A stretch of DNA of 42,008 bases, from positions 1 to 42,008 of the IMG/VR virus record IMGVR_UViG_3300045988_028709; one strand, given 5' to 3'. Shown here piece after piece: positions 25,463 through 32,973 of this stretch. Under the pieces are notes generated by a model, which searched no databases, was not told the origin of the DNA, and was given only the letters and a program-made list of their open reading frames with translations. Position 1 is the stretch's first letter. The number at the start of each line of letters is the position of its first letter. A program made the translations under genes and the position numbers. Origin of the DNA: a virus.

Positions 25463-26338
25463 CTCAAATCAATTTTGCTACCAGCCCCCACCCCTTGGCC
25501 TTACATAGCAGACTTTACCCGCCCCGAAGGGCTACAACGCCGCCCATATTGGGCGTTAGTCTTTTCACAGGTCCCGGCATTGCGCTCTGTTTGAATTGCT
25601 TACACAGCGGCCTAATCATACGATTGCCGCCACCACGCCACATCCATTGAACGCCTCGGCACTCGCGCAGAGTGTAGCAATGCCGGTATCCCACGGAACT
25701 TTTCAGCCCTGCGCCGGTATGTCGGTCGCATCCGTTTCTTCATTTATAGCCGGAGCCAGCCAAATAATTATTATTCGGCCTGCCGCTTTCATACAGCGCA
25801 CAGGCAAGCCCCTTGTAGCGGTCTTACCCTTCCGCGGTGCCGCAATGCGGTAGCATACATCTGGCAGGGACGGTTGGGGATCGAACCCACCCAAGCGGTT
25901 TTGGAGACCGCCTCGCCAGCCTTGGAACATTCGCCCCTGTATCCCGCGTTTGCGTACTCGCCGGAGCGGGTACGTGTTCTAAGTAACGCTCGATTCAACG
26001 CGGGCAAATCGAACGGCCCTTCGCGGAGCCACGCCCTGCTGACGGGACACAACGCTCGCCAAGTATGGGCTTGCCGCAATATTGCCCCTGTACGCTGTCA
26101 GCTTTGGGATTTGGCGCAGACGGCGGGGCTTACACCTGCTTCATCGCAATGGCGTCACCAAAGCGCCGCTCTTTGGGTTGAGCTACGTCTGCATACCCCC
26201 GGCATCTGCCGGGGTCAGGAGGAAAGAAAGGATGGAAAGAATGAGGATACGGATATAACCCCGCACCCTCATTCTCGCACATCTGTTCGTCAACATTCCT
26301 CCAAATGGAGGAATTTGAAATATTTATTTTCTGTACAA
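25463..26338 (-). ncRNA. Candidate large structured ncRNA (GOLLD/ROOL-like or novel), boundaries unknown
   Basis: ORF-free on both strands within an otherwise gap-free genome. Many perfect local helices including a UUCG tetraloop hairpin (25521-25532), and a central tRNA-like module. See findings. Confidence 0.45.
25862..25938 (-). tRNA. tRNA-like element with a Trp-type anticodon loop (CU-CCA-AA); non-canonical D arm and T/acceptor junction
   Basis: - strand AGGGGCG..GCGGU-CUCCAAA-ACCGC..UGGG-UUCGAUC-CCCA..CGUCCCU-G-CCA. The acceptor pairs 7/7 (one GU) and the anticodon stem 5/5, and a GUUCGAUC T-loop and encoded CCA are present. The D stem pairs poorly and one extra nt sits between the T stem and the acceptor. 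Confidence 0.45.
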
Positions 26339-26560
26339 TTAAGAGTTTCGCTCACCCTCATCCCAGCAAAGCTGGTCAAGGCTGACGTTGTAATACGCAG
26401 CAATCAGTTTCAGCTCCGACAGCCCCGGTTCCCGTGTGCCTCGCTCGTACCGTCTCAATGCGTCCCGGCTCAGCCCCATCAGTTCAGATGCCACATACCG
26501 GCTGACAACCGGGTGTCTGCTTTCTCGGAGCCGCTGCAGCCGTTCCGGGAATGTACTCAC
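26339..26560 (-). CDS. XRE-family HTH regulator
   Basis: 73 aa. FPERLQRLRESRHPVVSRYVASELMGLSRDALRRYERGTREP fits the XRE/Cro-CI HTH pattern. Confidence 0.75.
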   Translation of the reverse strand: MSTFPERLQRLRESRHPVVSRYVASELMGLSRDALRRYERGTREPGLSELKLIAAYYNVSLDQLCWDEGERNS

Positions 26561-26763
26561 ATAACCACCTCACATAGCCGGAAGTTCTCTACCACGGGTC
26601 CGCCCGCCGTTTCCGTCCGCACACTGACAAACCGGCCCTTTGGATGGATGTAAATTACCTCTCCGCGCCGGAACGGATACATCTGCTCATACGTCGGGTG
26701 CTGCCGCTCCAGCTGGGACGGTATGGACTTGAATCTGGCCCGAACCACCTGTCCAAGTTTCAT
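26557..26763 (-). CDS. Hypothetical small protein
   Basis: Start at MKLGQVV (26763) overlapping the upstream stop (ATGA). 68 aa. Confidence 0.55.
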   Translation of the reverse strand: MKLGQVVRARFKSIPSQLERQHPTYEQMYPFRRGEVIYIHPKGRFVSVRTETAGGPVVENFRLCEVVM

Positions 26764-26951
26764 GATTCCTCCATTTCCAGTAGTTTCACCAAGTCCCAGA
26801 ACTTCCGCGCATCCAGCCCGGTTTCCGTCTTGATCTTGCCCAGCCGATAGATCACGCTGTTGTGATGGATGTCCATTTCCTTTGCGGTTTTCACGCAATT
26901 CATATCATTCTTTGCATAGATGCGCAGGAGCGATATATCTTCCTTCTGCAT
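26760..26951 (-). CDS. Small HTH protein (PucR-C / sigma-r4-like)
   Basis: 63 aa. NCVKTAKEMDIHHNSVIYRLGKIKTETG is a classic HTH segment. Confidence 0.6.
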   Translation of the reverse strand: MQKEDISLLRIYAKNDMNCVKTAKEMDIHHNSVIYRLGKIKTETGLDARKFWDLVKLLEMEES

Positions 26952-26953
26952 AG

Positions 26954-27292
26954 TTACCTCCCATAACGGACCTTTTTCAAATCCTTGTATCTGTCCGGGA
27001 AGGGGATCAACTCCGCCTTCCCGTTGATAATCTCCGCCAGCACCCGGTCCATGTGCACCTGCCGGACGTCTGCCTCCGGGTCCTTGCAGTTTAAGGCAGG
27101 CCTGTATTCCCGCTGGGTCTCCATCCACTCATGCGTGACGCGCATTATCCGGTCATAGCCCCAGCCTTCCTTCTGGTGCATAGTCATCTGCAAAGTGTCA
27201 ACGGCAAACTGCGCTGCCATCGCAGCACCGGCCCAAAAGACCGCATCCAACTGCGCATCCCGCCGTTGCAAATAAGCGGATTGTTTAGCCAT
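26954..27292 (-). CDS. Hypothetical protein
   Basis: 112-aa ORF packed in the operon. No family recognised. Confidence 0.6.
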   Translation of the reverse strand: MAKQSAYLQRRDAQLDAVFWAGAAMAAQFAVDTLQMTMHQKEGWGYDRIMRVTHEWMETQREYRPALNCKDPEADVRQVHMDRVLAEIINGKAELIPFPDRYKDLKKVRYGR

Positions 27293-27488
27293 TAGCGCAC
27301 TCCTTTTCCGCTGCTTGCACAGCCCACTCGTAAAAACTTACGATTTCACCATCATCTTCCAGCTCAATAAAGTTCCTGTCATGATCCACTGCCCACTTCA
27401 ACCGCCTTTTTGCCGCCGCAAGCTGTTCTTTGAAAAAATGAAGCCTGCGCTGTTGATAATTTACAGCAACCAGTTTCATTGACATCAC
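27285..27488 (-). CDS. Hypothetical protein
   Basis: 67-aa ORF whose start overlaps the upstream stop by 4 nt. Confidence 0.55.
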   Translation of the reverse strand: MMSMKLVAVNYQQRRLHFFKEQLAAAKRRLKWAVDHDRNFIELEDDGEIVSFYEWAVQAAEKECANG

Positions 27489-27760
27489 CCGTTGATCCCT
27501 CGCAGAATATCGTTCAGGATTTCAAGATTCAGTTCTGCAATGCCCTTGCACCCTTCCAAAGCATCCTGCGCGCACATAACGTCTGGAGACTTTACTGCGT
27601 TTTGCGGCTTATCGCCGAATAGTTCTTTTTGAATTTGCGTTATCAGTTCATTGGCTTTTTTTACCTCATCAGACAAAATCATGATCGTCTCCTTCATGCT
27701 ACCAGTCATGGGAGACACGCAGCCTTCTGTTGCACAGCCGTAATTCAAATTATCATTCAT
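27485..27760 (-). CDS. Hypothetical protein
   Basis: Start placed at MNDNLNYG (27760), since the longer ORF upstream part looks non-coding. 91 aa. Confidence 0.5.
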   Translation of the reverse strand: MNDNLNYGCATEGCVSPMTGSMKETIMILSDEVKKANELITQIQKELFGDKPQNAVKSPDVMCAQDALEGCKGIAELNLEILNDILRGING

Positions 27761-28064
27761 TTTCGTTATCCTTTCTCTCTCCGTAGCTGCAAAACGTCGA
27801 TTCCAGATCCCGTAAAGTGCAGTCCCATACCTTGCAATAATCAACGCTCTTACCGTGGCACGGCTCCTGTACCCACCCTTTATGCTTGCAGTCCTTACAC
27901 CGTATAATAAGTTTCGCTCTTCTCCGCAACTTATTGATTGCGGATACCCAAACCAACGCAACGGCATATATCGCCAAGCCGAGAATAACTGATACCAGCA
28001 CAGCACCGCCGACGATCATAAACGCCGCGCCAATGTTCACCATCACGTTATCTATCATTCGCAT
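27753..28064 (-). CDS. Membrane-anchored Cys-rich small protein
   Basis: 103 aa. N-terminal TM segment(s) followed by CKDCKHKGW..C..C motifs. Confidence 0.55.
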   Translation of the reverse strand: MRMIDNVMVNIGAAFMIVGGAVLVSVILGLAIYAVALVWVSAINKLRRRAKLIIRCKDCKHKGWVQEPCHGKSVDYCKVWDCTLRDLESTFCSYGERKDNENE

Positions 28065-28339
28065 TGCCCTCCGTCATGCACCGTTGTGTACTTCCAAATC
28101 AGCGTGTTCAACTTTCTCAGCCCCTCCATGGTGATTAGGTCCTGCTCGCACAGCTCGTCCCGTAGGTGCTCCAGCGCTTCGATTGGGGCAACGTCGGCGG
28201 CTGGGGCATCTTCGATCATGTCGATTGCGTCACCTGTACCACACGCACGGCATCTTACTCCGTTGTAGCTGTTGCAGCCTACGCAATAAACTTCTTTGAT
28301 GCGCTTAATTGTCGCTTCCCTCTCAATGCATTCGCCCAT
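28055..28339 (-). CDS. Cys-rich (Zn-ribbon-like) hypothetical protein
   Basis: Start at MGECIERE (28339). CVGC...CRAC motif. Confidence 0.55.
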   Translation of the reverse strand: MGECIEREATIKRIKEVYCVGCNSYNGVRCRACGTGDAIDMIEDAPAADVAPIEALEHLRDELCEQDLITMEGLRKLNTLIWKYTTVHDGGQCE

Positions 28340-28341
28340 TG

Positions 28342-28542
28342 TCAGCCCTCCTGTTTCAGGTCTTGCACAGTCTGGTGGATACGCTTTGCGCAGGCAGGGC
28401 ATATTTCCCCCACATCCACTATGACATTCACTATGTCCGGGTTGCTGTCGTAGATGCTTGCGTTGCTCTCCACGCAGACCCTATAAGTTTCCTGAAGATT
28501 GTGTATTTCTTTTCCGCAAAGATCACAAAAACGCTTCGTCAT
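28342..28542 (-). CDS. Zn-ribbon hypothetical protein
   Basis: Start at MTKRFCDLCGK (28542, ATGA overlap). CDLC...CPAC pair. Confidence 0.5.
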   Translation of the reverse strand: MTKRFCDLCGKEIHNLQETYRVCVESNASIYDSNPDIVNVIVDVGEICPACAKRIHQTVQDLKQEG

Positions 28543-28778
28543 GTTCTTTCCTCCCTCCTCCACCGGCATCCGTTGCAGGCCCCCTCATGGGCCAGCGTGT
28601 AGTTCCCGCATTTCAGGCACAGTTCGTTCCGCAGTGCGTCAATTTCTTTCGCCTGCGCTTCGATCAGGTCAGCGGCTTCTGTCAGATCGTCGCACAAGGC
28701 AATGGGCGTTTCCCACGGGTTCCCCTCCGCCCATTCTGCGTGCTCACGCAGCGCATTTACGAGGTTTTGATCTCTCAT
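28539..28778 (-). CDS. Hypothetical protein
   Basis: Start at MRDQNLV (28778, ATGA overlap). C-terminal CLKC..C.GC. Confidence 0.5.
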   Translation of the reverse strand: MRDQNLVNALREHAEWAEGNPWETPIALCDDLTEAADLIEAQAKEIDALRNELCLKCGNYTLAHEGACNGCRWRREERT

Positions 28779-29470
28779 AGTTCCTCCCTTATGTCTCCGC
28801 CCCATTGCTCCGCCATGGCTCTGGCGATGCCGGGGAAGGTTTTACTTCTGTCCCTTGCCGTGCGCGGGTCATTCCATCTCAGGGCTTTCCCTTTTCCATC
28901 TTTCGCATAATTCGCACTCGCACCTACACTGTATCCACCTGGTAAAATTTCCCCTGCGTCTACAATATTTGTCGGTTTCAAAGTGGGAAGGCCCTTTAAC
29001 CACAGGCAAGTCTTTTTCCTTGCCTGGTGCCCAAACTCATACGGCTGGATAATGCAATCCGGCTTGCGATAGTATGTAGACATATACCCAACCGGATTTT
29101 CCACTGCGATTTTGCAAATATCTGCATTTGCAAAAGCCATGAAAAACGCCGCAGCTTCTTCCCGTAACGCCAACCGCCTGACCGCCTTTTCTCCATATCT
29201 TTCCGTGTTAAACCAGCGATTCCCGGTAACAGTTAAGTATGTGCACGGCGGGTGCGCGATCAGCAGATCCCACTGGTCAACGTCATGCGGCTCCCCGTCC
29301 ATAGTAGACAGCTGCCCCCCCTCGATGGCCTTGAGCGCATCGCCTAAGATGTGCCACTCCGGGTGTCCTCCGGACGGCTCCTGGATGTCGCAGCTATACG
29401 CCTCATGCCCCAGCGCCCGGAACGCCTTGCAGACTTCCTGCGATTCCTCACAGGCTATCAACACTTTCAT
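28775..29470 (-). CDS. C5-cytosine-methyltransferase-like protein (tentative)
   Basis: Start at MKVLIACEESQ (29470, ATGA overlap). AHPPCTYLTVTG resembles motif IV (PC) and AVENPVG resembles motif VI (ENV). No canonical FxGxG motif I seen. Confidence 0.45.
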   Translation of the reverse strand: MKVLIACEESQEVCKAFRALGHEAYSCDIQEPSGGHPEWHILGDALKAIEGGQLSTMDGEPHDVDQWDLLIAHPPCTYLTVTGNRWFNTERYGEKAVRRLALREEAAAFFMAFANADICKIAVENPVGYMSTYYRKPDCIIQPYEFGHQARKKTCLWLKGLPTLKPTNIVDAGEILPGGYSVGASANYAKDGKGKALRWNDPRTARDRSKTFPGIARAMAEQWGGDIREEL

Positions 29471-29832
29471 GCGTCCTCCACCTCCGCAAGCCAGAACTCG
29501 CGGCGGCAAATATCACAACCTCTTCCAGTCGGGCAATGCCCGCGTAACGCTGTATCAACAAGGCATGGGTCTAAAGCAACGTTATGTGTGTTCGTATATA
29601 TTGGCGCATTTGGAAACAGCTTCAAGAACTCGCTCTGGCGGGTTTTGATGGGGTGCTCGGCGGCCCACTGTTCCACGATAGCAACCATCTTTTCTGGGTC
29701 TTTCGGTTCACCCAGCTTATAGCACTGCGAAACCCCCTTGTATGCGGCGCAGTTTTCGCAGGTCATTTCGCCAGTTTGATTTGCCTCGCACATCCGTGCT
29801 CTTTCCTTCAAGAAATTTACAGCATCCATCAT
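29467..29832 (-). CDS. Cys-rich hypothetical protein
   Basis: 121-aa ORF overlapping both neighbours by 4 nt. Confidence 0.6.
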   Translation of the reverse strand: MMDAVNFLKERARMCEANQTGEMTCENCAAYKGVSQCYKLGEPKDPEKMVAIVEQWAAEHPIKTRQSEFLKLFPNAPIYTNTHNVALDPCLVDTALRGHCPTGRGCDICRREFWLAEVEDA

Positions 29833-30206
29833 TCTGCCTCCTCAATTTCCACGCGGATCGTATCTCCGCTCCAAAATTTGTGTTCCACGGCACGGAACCA
29901 CTCAGGGTTGTCATCCGGCAGTATGTAGCCCTTCATCGCATCCACAAAGGCCTTGCCCAGCGCGCCGTGATTGTCGATGTCCAGATTGTCATTCCAGAAA
30001 AATGTCACCTTGACGGGGTGATTTACCAGACGTTTTGTAATTCCTGCTTTTCGCATTGCCCAGTGGGCAAGCTCGTGCAGCTCTTCCGCGTCCTTCTTCC
30101 GCTGCGACCAATGCTTACCGGCGTAATACGCATTCAGGCCAAACCGCTTGTTCCACGCCGCTTTACCGCGCTTTGTTGCCGGATAAGGGATCTCAAATGC
30201 AATCAC
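29829..30206 (-). CDS. rusA: RusA-family Holliday junction resolvase
   Basis: 125 aa. DIDNHGALGKAFVDAMKGYILPDDN matches the RusA D.DN..K...D.....I..DD signature. Confidence 0.65.
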   Translation of the reverse strand: MIAFEIPYPATKRGKAAWNKRFGLNAYYAGKHWSQRKKDAEELHELAHWAMRKAGITKRLVNHPVKVTFFWNDNLDIDNHGALGKAFVDAMKGYILPDDNPEWFRAVEHKFWSGDTIRVEIEEAE

Positions 30207-30859
30207 CGCTTTTCCTCCTCACAAGTAAACAAACTGATCTGCGCCGTGTGTTCCGCAAAGCGCTTTTCCTGCGCCTGAAAATAGTGATGGTCGATCTCAC
30301 ACCCAACAAAGTCCAGCCCAGCGTCCCATGCGGCGATCCGGCTCGATCCACTTCCTAAATGCGTGTCTAATATTCTGTCGCCCGCCTTTGCAAAGCGTGA
30401 GAATATCCACGCATACAGAGCGATAGGCTTTTGCGTCGGGTGGATTGTCCCGCCCTCGCGCGCAAGTTGCCCGCGGTTAATTATTACAACTCTTGTCGGG
30501 GTATCAAATGAGGAATAGGCCAGCTCGCAGTTACTCATAGTCAAATCCTGTTGGCCTTTGTACCACACGATCCAGCCTTTATGCCCATGTTCCAGCGCGG
30601 TGACAAAATAATTTGCACCCCATATAATTTGGTTCTTTGAAACACGCTCCAGCTCTCTAAAATACTCCAGAGGCGGTATGTGCGTGTCCCACCCCCTTTT
30701 TGCGTGTTCCTTTCGGTTATGCTTTGGGTTCTTGTTGATAGACAATTTTTGACCGTCTATTCCGATTCCATAAGGCGGGTCCACTACGGCCAGATCAAAC
30801 GCCTTGTCCTGCAGCGTCCGCATATACTCCATGCAGTCTACGTTATAGGCTACGTTCAC
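30203..30859 (-). CDS. Orphan DNA methyltransferase, beta-class (DPPY; N6-adenine or N4-cytosine)
   Basis: 218 aa. AVVDPPYGIG (motif IV) precedes ILDTHLGSGSS (motif I). GTG start. No cognate endonuclease is adjacent. Confidence 0.85.
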   Translation of the reverse strand: MNVAYNVDCMEYMRTLQDKAFDLAVVDPPYGIGIDGQKLSINKNPKHNRKEHAKRGWDTHIPPLEYFRELERVSKNQIIWGANYFVTALEHGHKGWIVWYKGQQDLTMSNCELAYSSFDTPTRVVIINRGQLAREGGTIHPTQKPIALYAWIFSRFAKAGDRILDTHLGSGSSRIAAWDAGLDFVGCEIDHHYFQAQEKRFAEHTAQISLFTCEEEKR

Positions 30860-30990
30860 CGCTTCTCCTCCTTGCCATCGGTAATGACGCTGACCACGCG
30901 GACGCGGCCCAGAGGCTCCAGCAGCATGGCCACCGCCTCCTTCGTACCCTGCGTGTCCTCGCCGTAAATATCAACCACGATCCGCATCAT
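30856..30990 (-). CDS. 44-aa micro-ORF between the replisome organiser and the methyltransferase
   Basis: My own translation: MMRIVVDIYGEDTQGTKEAVAMLLEPLGRVRVVSVITDGKEEKR. The ATG overlaps the upstream TGA and its stop overlaps the downstream GTG (translational coupling). Confidence 0.35.
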   Translation of the reverse strand: MMRIVVDIYGEDTQGTKEAVAMLLEPLGRVRVVSVITDGKEEKR

Positions 30991-31730
30991 CACACATACC
31001 CCCAAGCGTCCTCGCATTTGAATCCGGGGCCTTTTGCGCCCTTGCGGCCACCGCGATCCTGTTCTTTGGCAAGCCAGCGAGTAATGAATCCACGCACACC
31101 TTTCGGCGTTTTGCGCTTTGCTGGGTTATTCAGGCACCATTCCCGCATCTCCCGCAACTGCTGTATCACGTCAACAGCAGGGTACACGCCTGCCCATTCC
31201 CGGCATTGCTCCTGCGACACCGGATATTCAGTGCCGTCATTGAGAGGGATGGAAACCACCGGCGGGGATGCCGTTTGCGGCTCGCCGCCTACTTCTTCTG
31301 GATTCTGGATTCTGGATTCTGGATTCTGGATTGGATTACGGGCGCATTTGCTTTCACCTGCTTGCAATTGATTGCAATTGATTTCAGATGTAATCAATCC
31401 GTCAGCAGGTGCCGGGAATTTGCTTACTTTGTTCCTCACCGTCTGGTGTTCGCTCCAGTTCGGAAAACATAGGTACGGTTCTCCGTCAACTTCATAGAGG
31501 ATCACAGAGCCTATGGTCGCCAATTCTGCAAGCGTCTTACTGATCGTTCCCTCAGTCACACCTTTTCTGCGGGGGAATACAAAGCCTTTGAGCAATTCCG
31601 GGTCTGCGCTGCCGCGCCCATAATCATCAACGTAGGTGATCAGGTACGCCCACAACCGGAATTGGAAATCCGACATTGCATTGATGCTTTTGCTCGTCCT
31701 GATGCTATCCTTGATGATCCTGTTCGGCAT
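30990..31730 (-). CDS. Replication initiator / replisome organiser (wHTH N-domain)
   Basis: 246 aa. N-terminal FQFRLWAYLITYVDDYGRG...ILYEVDGEPYLCFPNWSEHQ resembles phage replisome-organiser/DnaD-like initiators. Located next to SSB. Internal DNA repeats sit in the linker. Confidence 0.6.
   Translation of the reverse strand: MPNRIIKDSIRTSKSINAMSDFQFRLWAYLITYVDDYGRGSADPELLKGFVFPRRKGVTEGTISKTLAELATIGSVILYEVDGEPYLCFPNWSEHQTVRNKVSKFPAPADGLITSEINCNQLQAGESKCARNPIQNPESRIQNPEEVGGEPQTASPPVVSIPLNDGTEYPVSQEQCREWAGVYPAVDVIQQLREMREWCLNNPAKRKTPKGVRGFITRWLAKEQDRGGRKGAKGPGFKCEDAWGYV
31296..31335. repeat. Five perfect tandem copies of the heptamer TTCTGGA plus one degenerate copy, inside the organiser gene
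   Basis: Counted directly: units at 31296, 31303, 31310, 31317 and 31324, then TTGGA. Encodes ..NPIQNPESRIQNPEE.. Confidence 0.9.
31362..31381. repeat. Tandem 10-bp repeat TTGCAATTGA x2 (each contains the CAATTG palindrome)
   Basis: 31362-31371 and 31372-31381 are identical. The flanking sequence is locally AT-rich. Confidence 0.85.
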
Positions 31731-31742
31731 TCGCCCACCGCC

Positions 31743-32141
31743 TTAGAACGGGAAGTCCCCAGCATCCTCGATCTCGCTGAAACCGCCCTGCGGTTCGCTC
31801 TGCGCCGTTTCCCCGCCGTCCCGCTTGGAATCGCCAAAGTACACGCTGTCTGCCACAATCTCGGCGCTGCGGCGTTTATTGCCGTCCTTGTCCGTCCAGT
31901 CACGGATCTGCAAGCGGCCCTCCACTACGGCCATGCGGCCCTTAGAGAAATACTTGCTCACAAATTCTGCGGTGTTGCGCCATGCCACCACGTCGATGAA
32001 ATCCGTTTCCTTCTCGCCGGATTGGGACTTAAAATCCCGGTCCACCGCCACGGTGAAGGATGCCACCGCCGTGCCGCTGTTGGTGCGGCGCAATTCAGGG
32101 TCACGGGTCATCCGGCCCATCACAATAATTCTGTTCAGCAT
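31743..32141 (-). CDS. ssb: Single-stranded DNA-binding protein
   Basis: Start at MLNRIIVMGRMTRDPELR (32141). OB-fold SSB pattern and acidic C-terminal tip ..EDAGDFPF. Confidence 0.9.
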   Translation of the reverse strand: MLNRIIVMGRMTRDPELRRTNSGTAVASFTVAVDRDFKSQSGEKETDFIDVVAWRNTAEFVSKYFSKGRMAVVEGRLQIRDWTDKDGNKRRSAEIVADSVYFGDSKRDGGETAQSEPQGGFSEIEDAGDFPF

Positions 32142-32452
32142 GAAATAGCTCCCTTTCTGTAAATCATGTCCTCCCGGTTCCAATCCGGGTAAAATGCTTT
32201 CATGTGCGCCACCAGCCGCACATAGATGCGCTCGCGGTCTCGTAATGGCCCCTCGTCAAACAGGCGATGGCAGCGGGGGCAGAGGGTTGCAATGTTCTGC
32301 TCAATTCCTCTGCCGCCCTGCGAACGTCGTACCACATGGGCCACCGGCGCGCCTGCGGGAGACCCGCAGATCACGCACTGGTGATTGTCACGTGCCCATA
32401 CAACAACCTTCACGGATTGCGGAATGGACGTGGCCTTTGTCATTTTGTGCAT
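32135..32452 (-). CDS. HNH endonuclease
   Basis: Start at ATG 32452, 7 nt after GGAGG. CVICG....HH..R..GG....N...LC..CH pattern. Confidence 0.8.
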   Translation of the reverse strand: MHKMTKATSIPQSVKVVVWARDNHQCVICGSPAGAPVAHVVRRSQGGRGIEQNIATLCPRCHRLFDEGPLRDRERIYVRLVAHMKAFYPDWNREDMIYRKGAISC

Positions 32453-32973
32453 CCCCATTCCTCCATCATCCCCGCCAGCTTGTCCGGAGACAGGGTCTCG
32501 ATACCTTGCTCCACGCAGTCCTGCACTGCCATATCGATCAAATGTGACATTTGCCGGGTGTTGTAGGTGCTGGAGCCGTAATACAAAATCACGTTGGTGC
32601 AGCCGGGGATCCTGCTTGCCATGGTATCCGTCTGCCAGCCAAGCCCATTGTGTTCCCACCCGTTCCGCAGCTTTTCCACGGCTGAATCGATCACGCAGAC
32701 CATTTCATGATTGCCGCCGATCTCCCGAATGTATCTCCGGTAAATATCCGTCTTGGGAATTCGGATCTTTTCGGCCAGCCGATCAACCAGAACCCAGAAG
32801 TACGCATTCGCATCGAGGCTCCGCTTCTCCCGGTGTTCTTTGATCTCCACGTCATAGACTTGACCCTCTTTCAGTGCGCCAAGCACCTGCCGCGCCTTGT
32901 TGGTCTGTATGCACAGCCAATCTCCGGCGGCATCCATTGTCCAGCGGAACCCTGACGCCTTAACCCGCTCCAT
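32440..32973 (-). CDS. NinB/Orf-like recombination protein (tentative)
   Basis: 177 aa. KRSLDANAYFWVL parallels the RSLDQN motif of lambda NinB. Located in the recombination module. Confidence 0.5.
   Translation of the reverse strand: MERVKASGFRWTMDAAGDWLCIQTNKARQVLGALKEGQVYDVEIKEHREKRSLDANAYFWVLVDRLAEKIRIPKTDIYRRYIREIGGNHEMVCVIDSAVEKLRNGWEHNGLGWQTDTMASRIPGCTNVILYYGSSTYNTRQMSHLIDMAVQDCVEQGIETLSPDKLAGMMEEWGCTK

Noticed and set aside
26295-26314. 20-nt perfect palindrome ATTCCTCCAAATGGAGGAAT as a terminator of the XRE gene
   Set aside because: No U-run follows it on the - strand, so it is not a canonical intrinsic terminator. I kept it only as part of the structured region; it could equally be an operator.
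25454-26338. Group II intron (a GUGCG occurs near the 5' part on the - strand), tmRNA or RNase P RNA
   Set aside because: I could not find a domain V-like 34-nt hairpin with an AGC triad and GNRA loop, and no exons need joining. The tRNA-like 5' and 3' halves are only about 70 nt apart, which is unlike tmRNA. RNase P-like fragments (AAAGUC, GGUAAGA) are in the wrong order. I rejected these by eye only, so a covariance-model search would settle it.
25703-26653. ORFs inside the ORF-free region (25703-25930 -, 25789-26079 -, 25874-26653 + at 259 aa, 25596-25853 +)
   Set aside because: They have no SD sequences and Arg/Cys/Trp/Pro-rich nonsense-like translations. They run through the tRNA-like element, or in the 259-aa case antisense through two real - strand genes. 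The region is better explained as structured RNA.
31296-31381. CRISPR array or minisatellite
   Set aside because: The repeats are 7 and 10 bp, directly abutting with no spacers, and lie inside a coding sequence. There are no cas genes in the genome.
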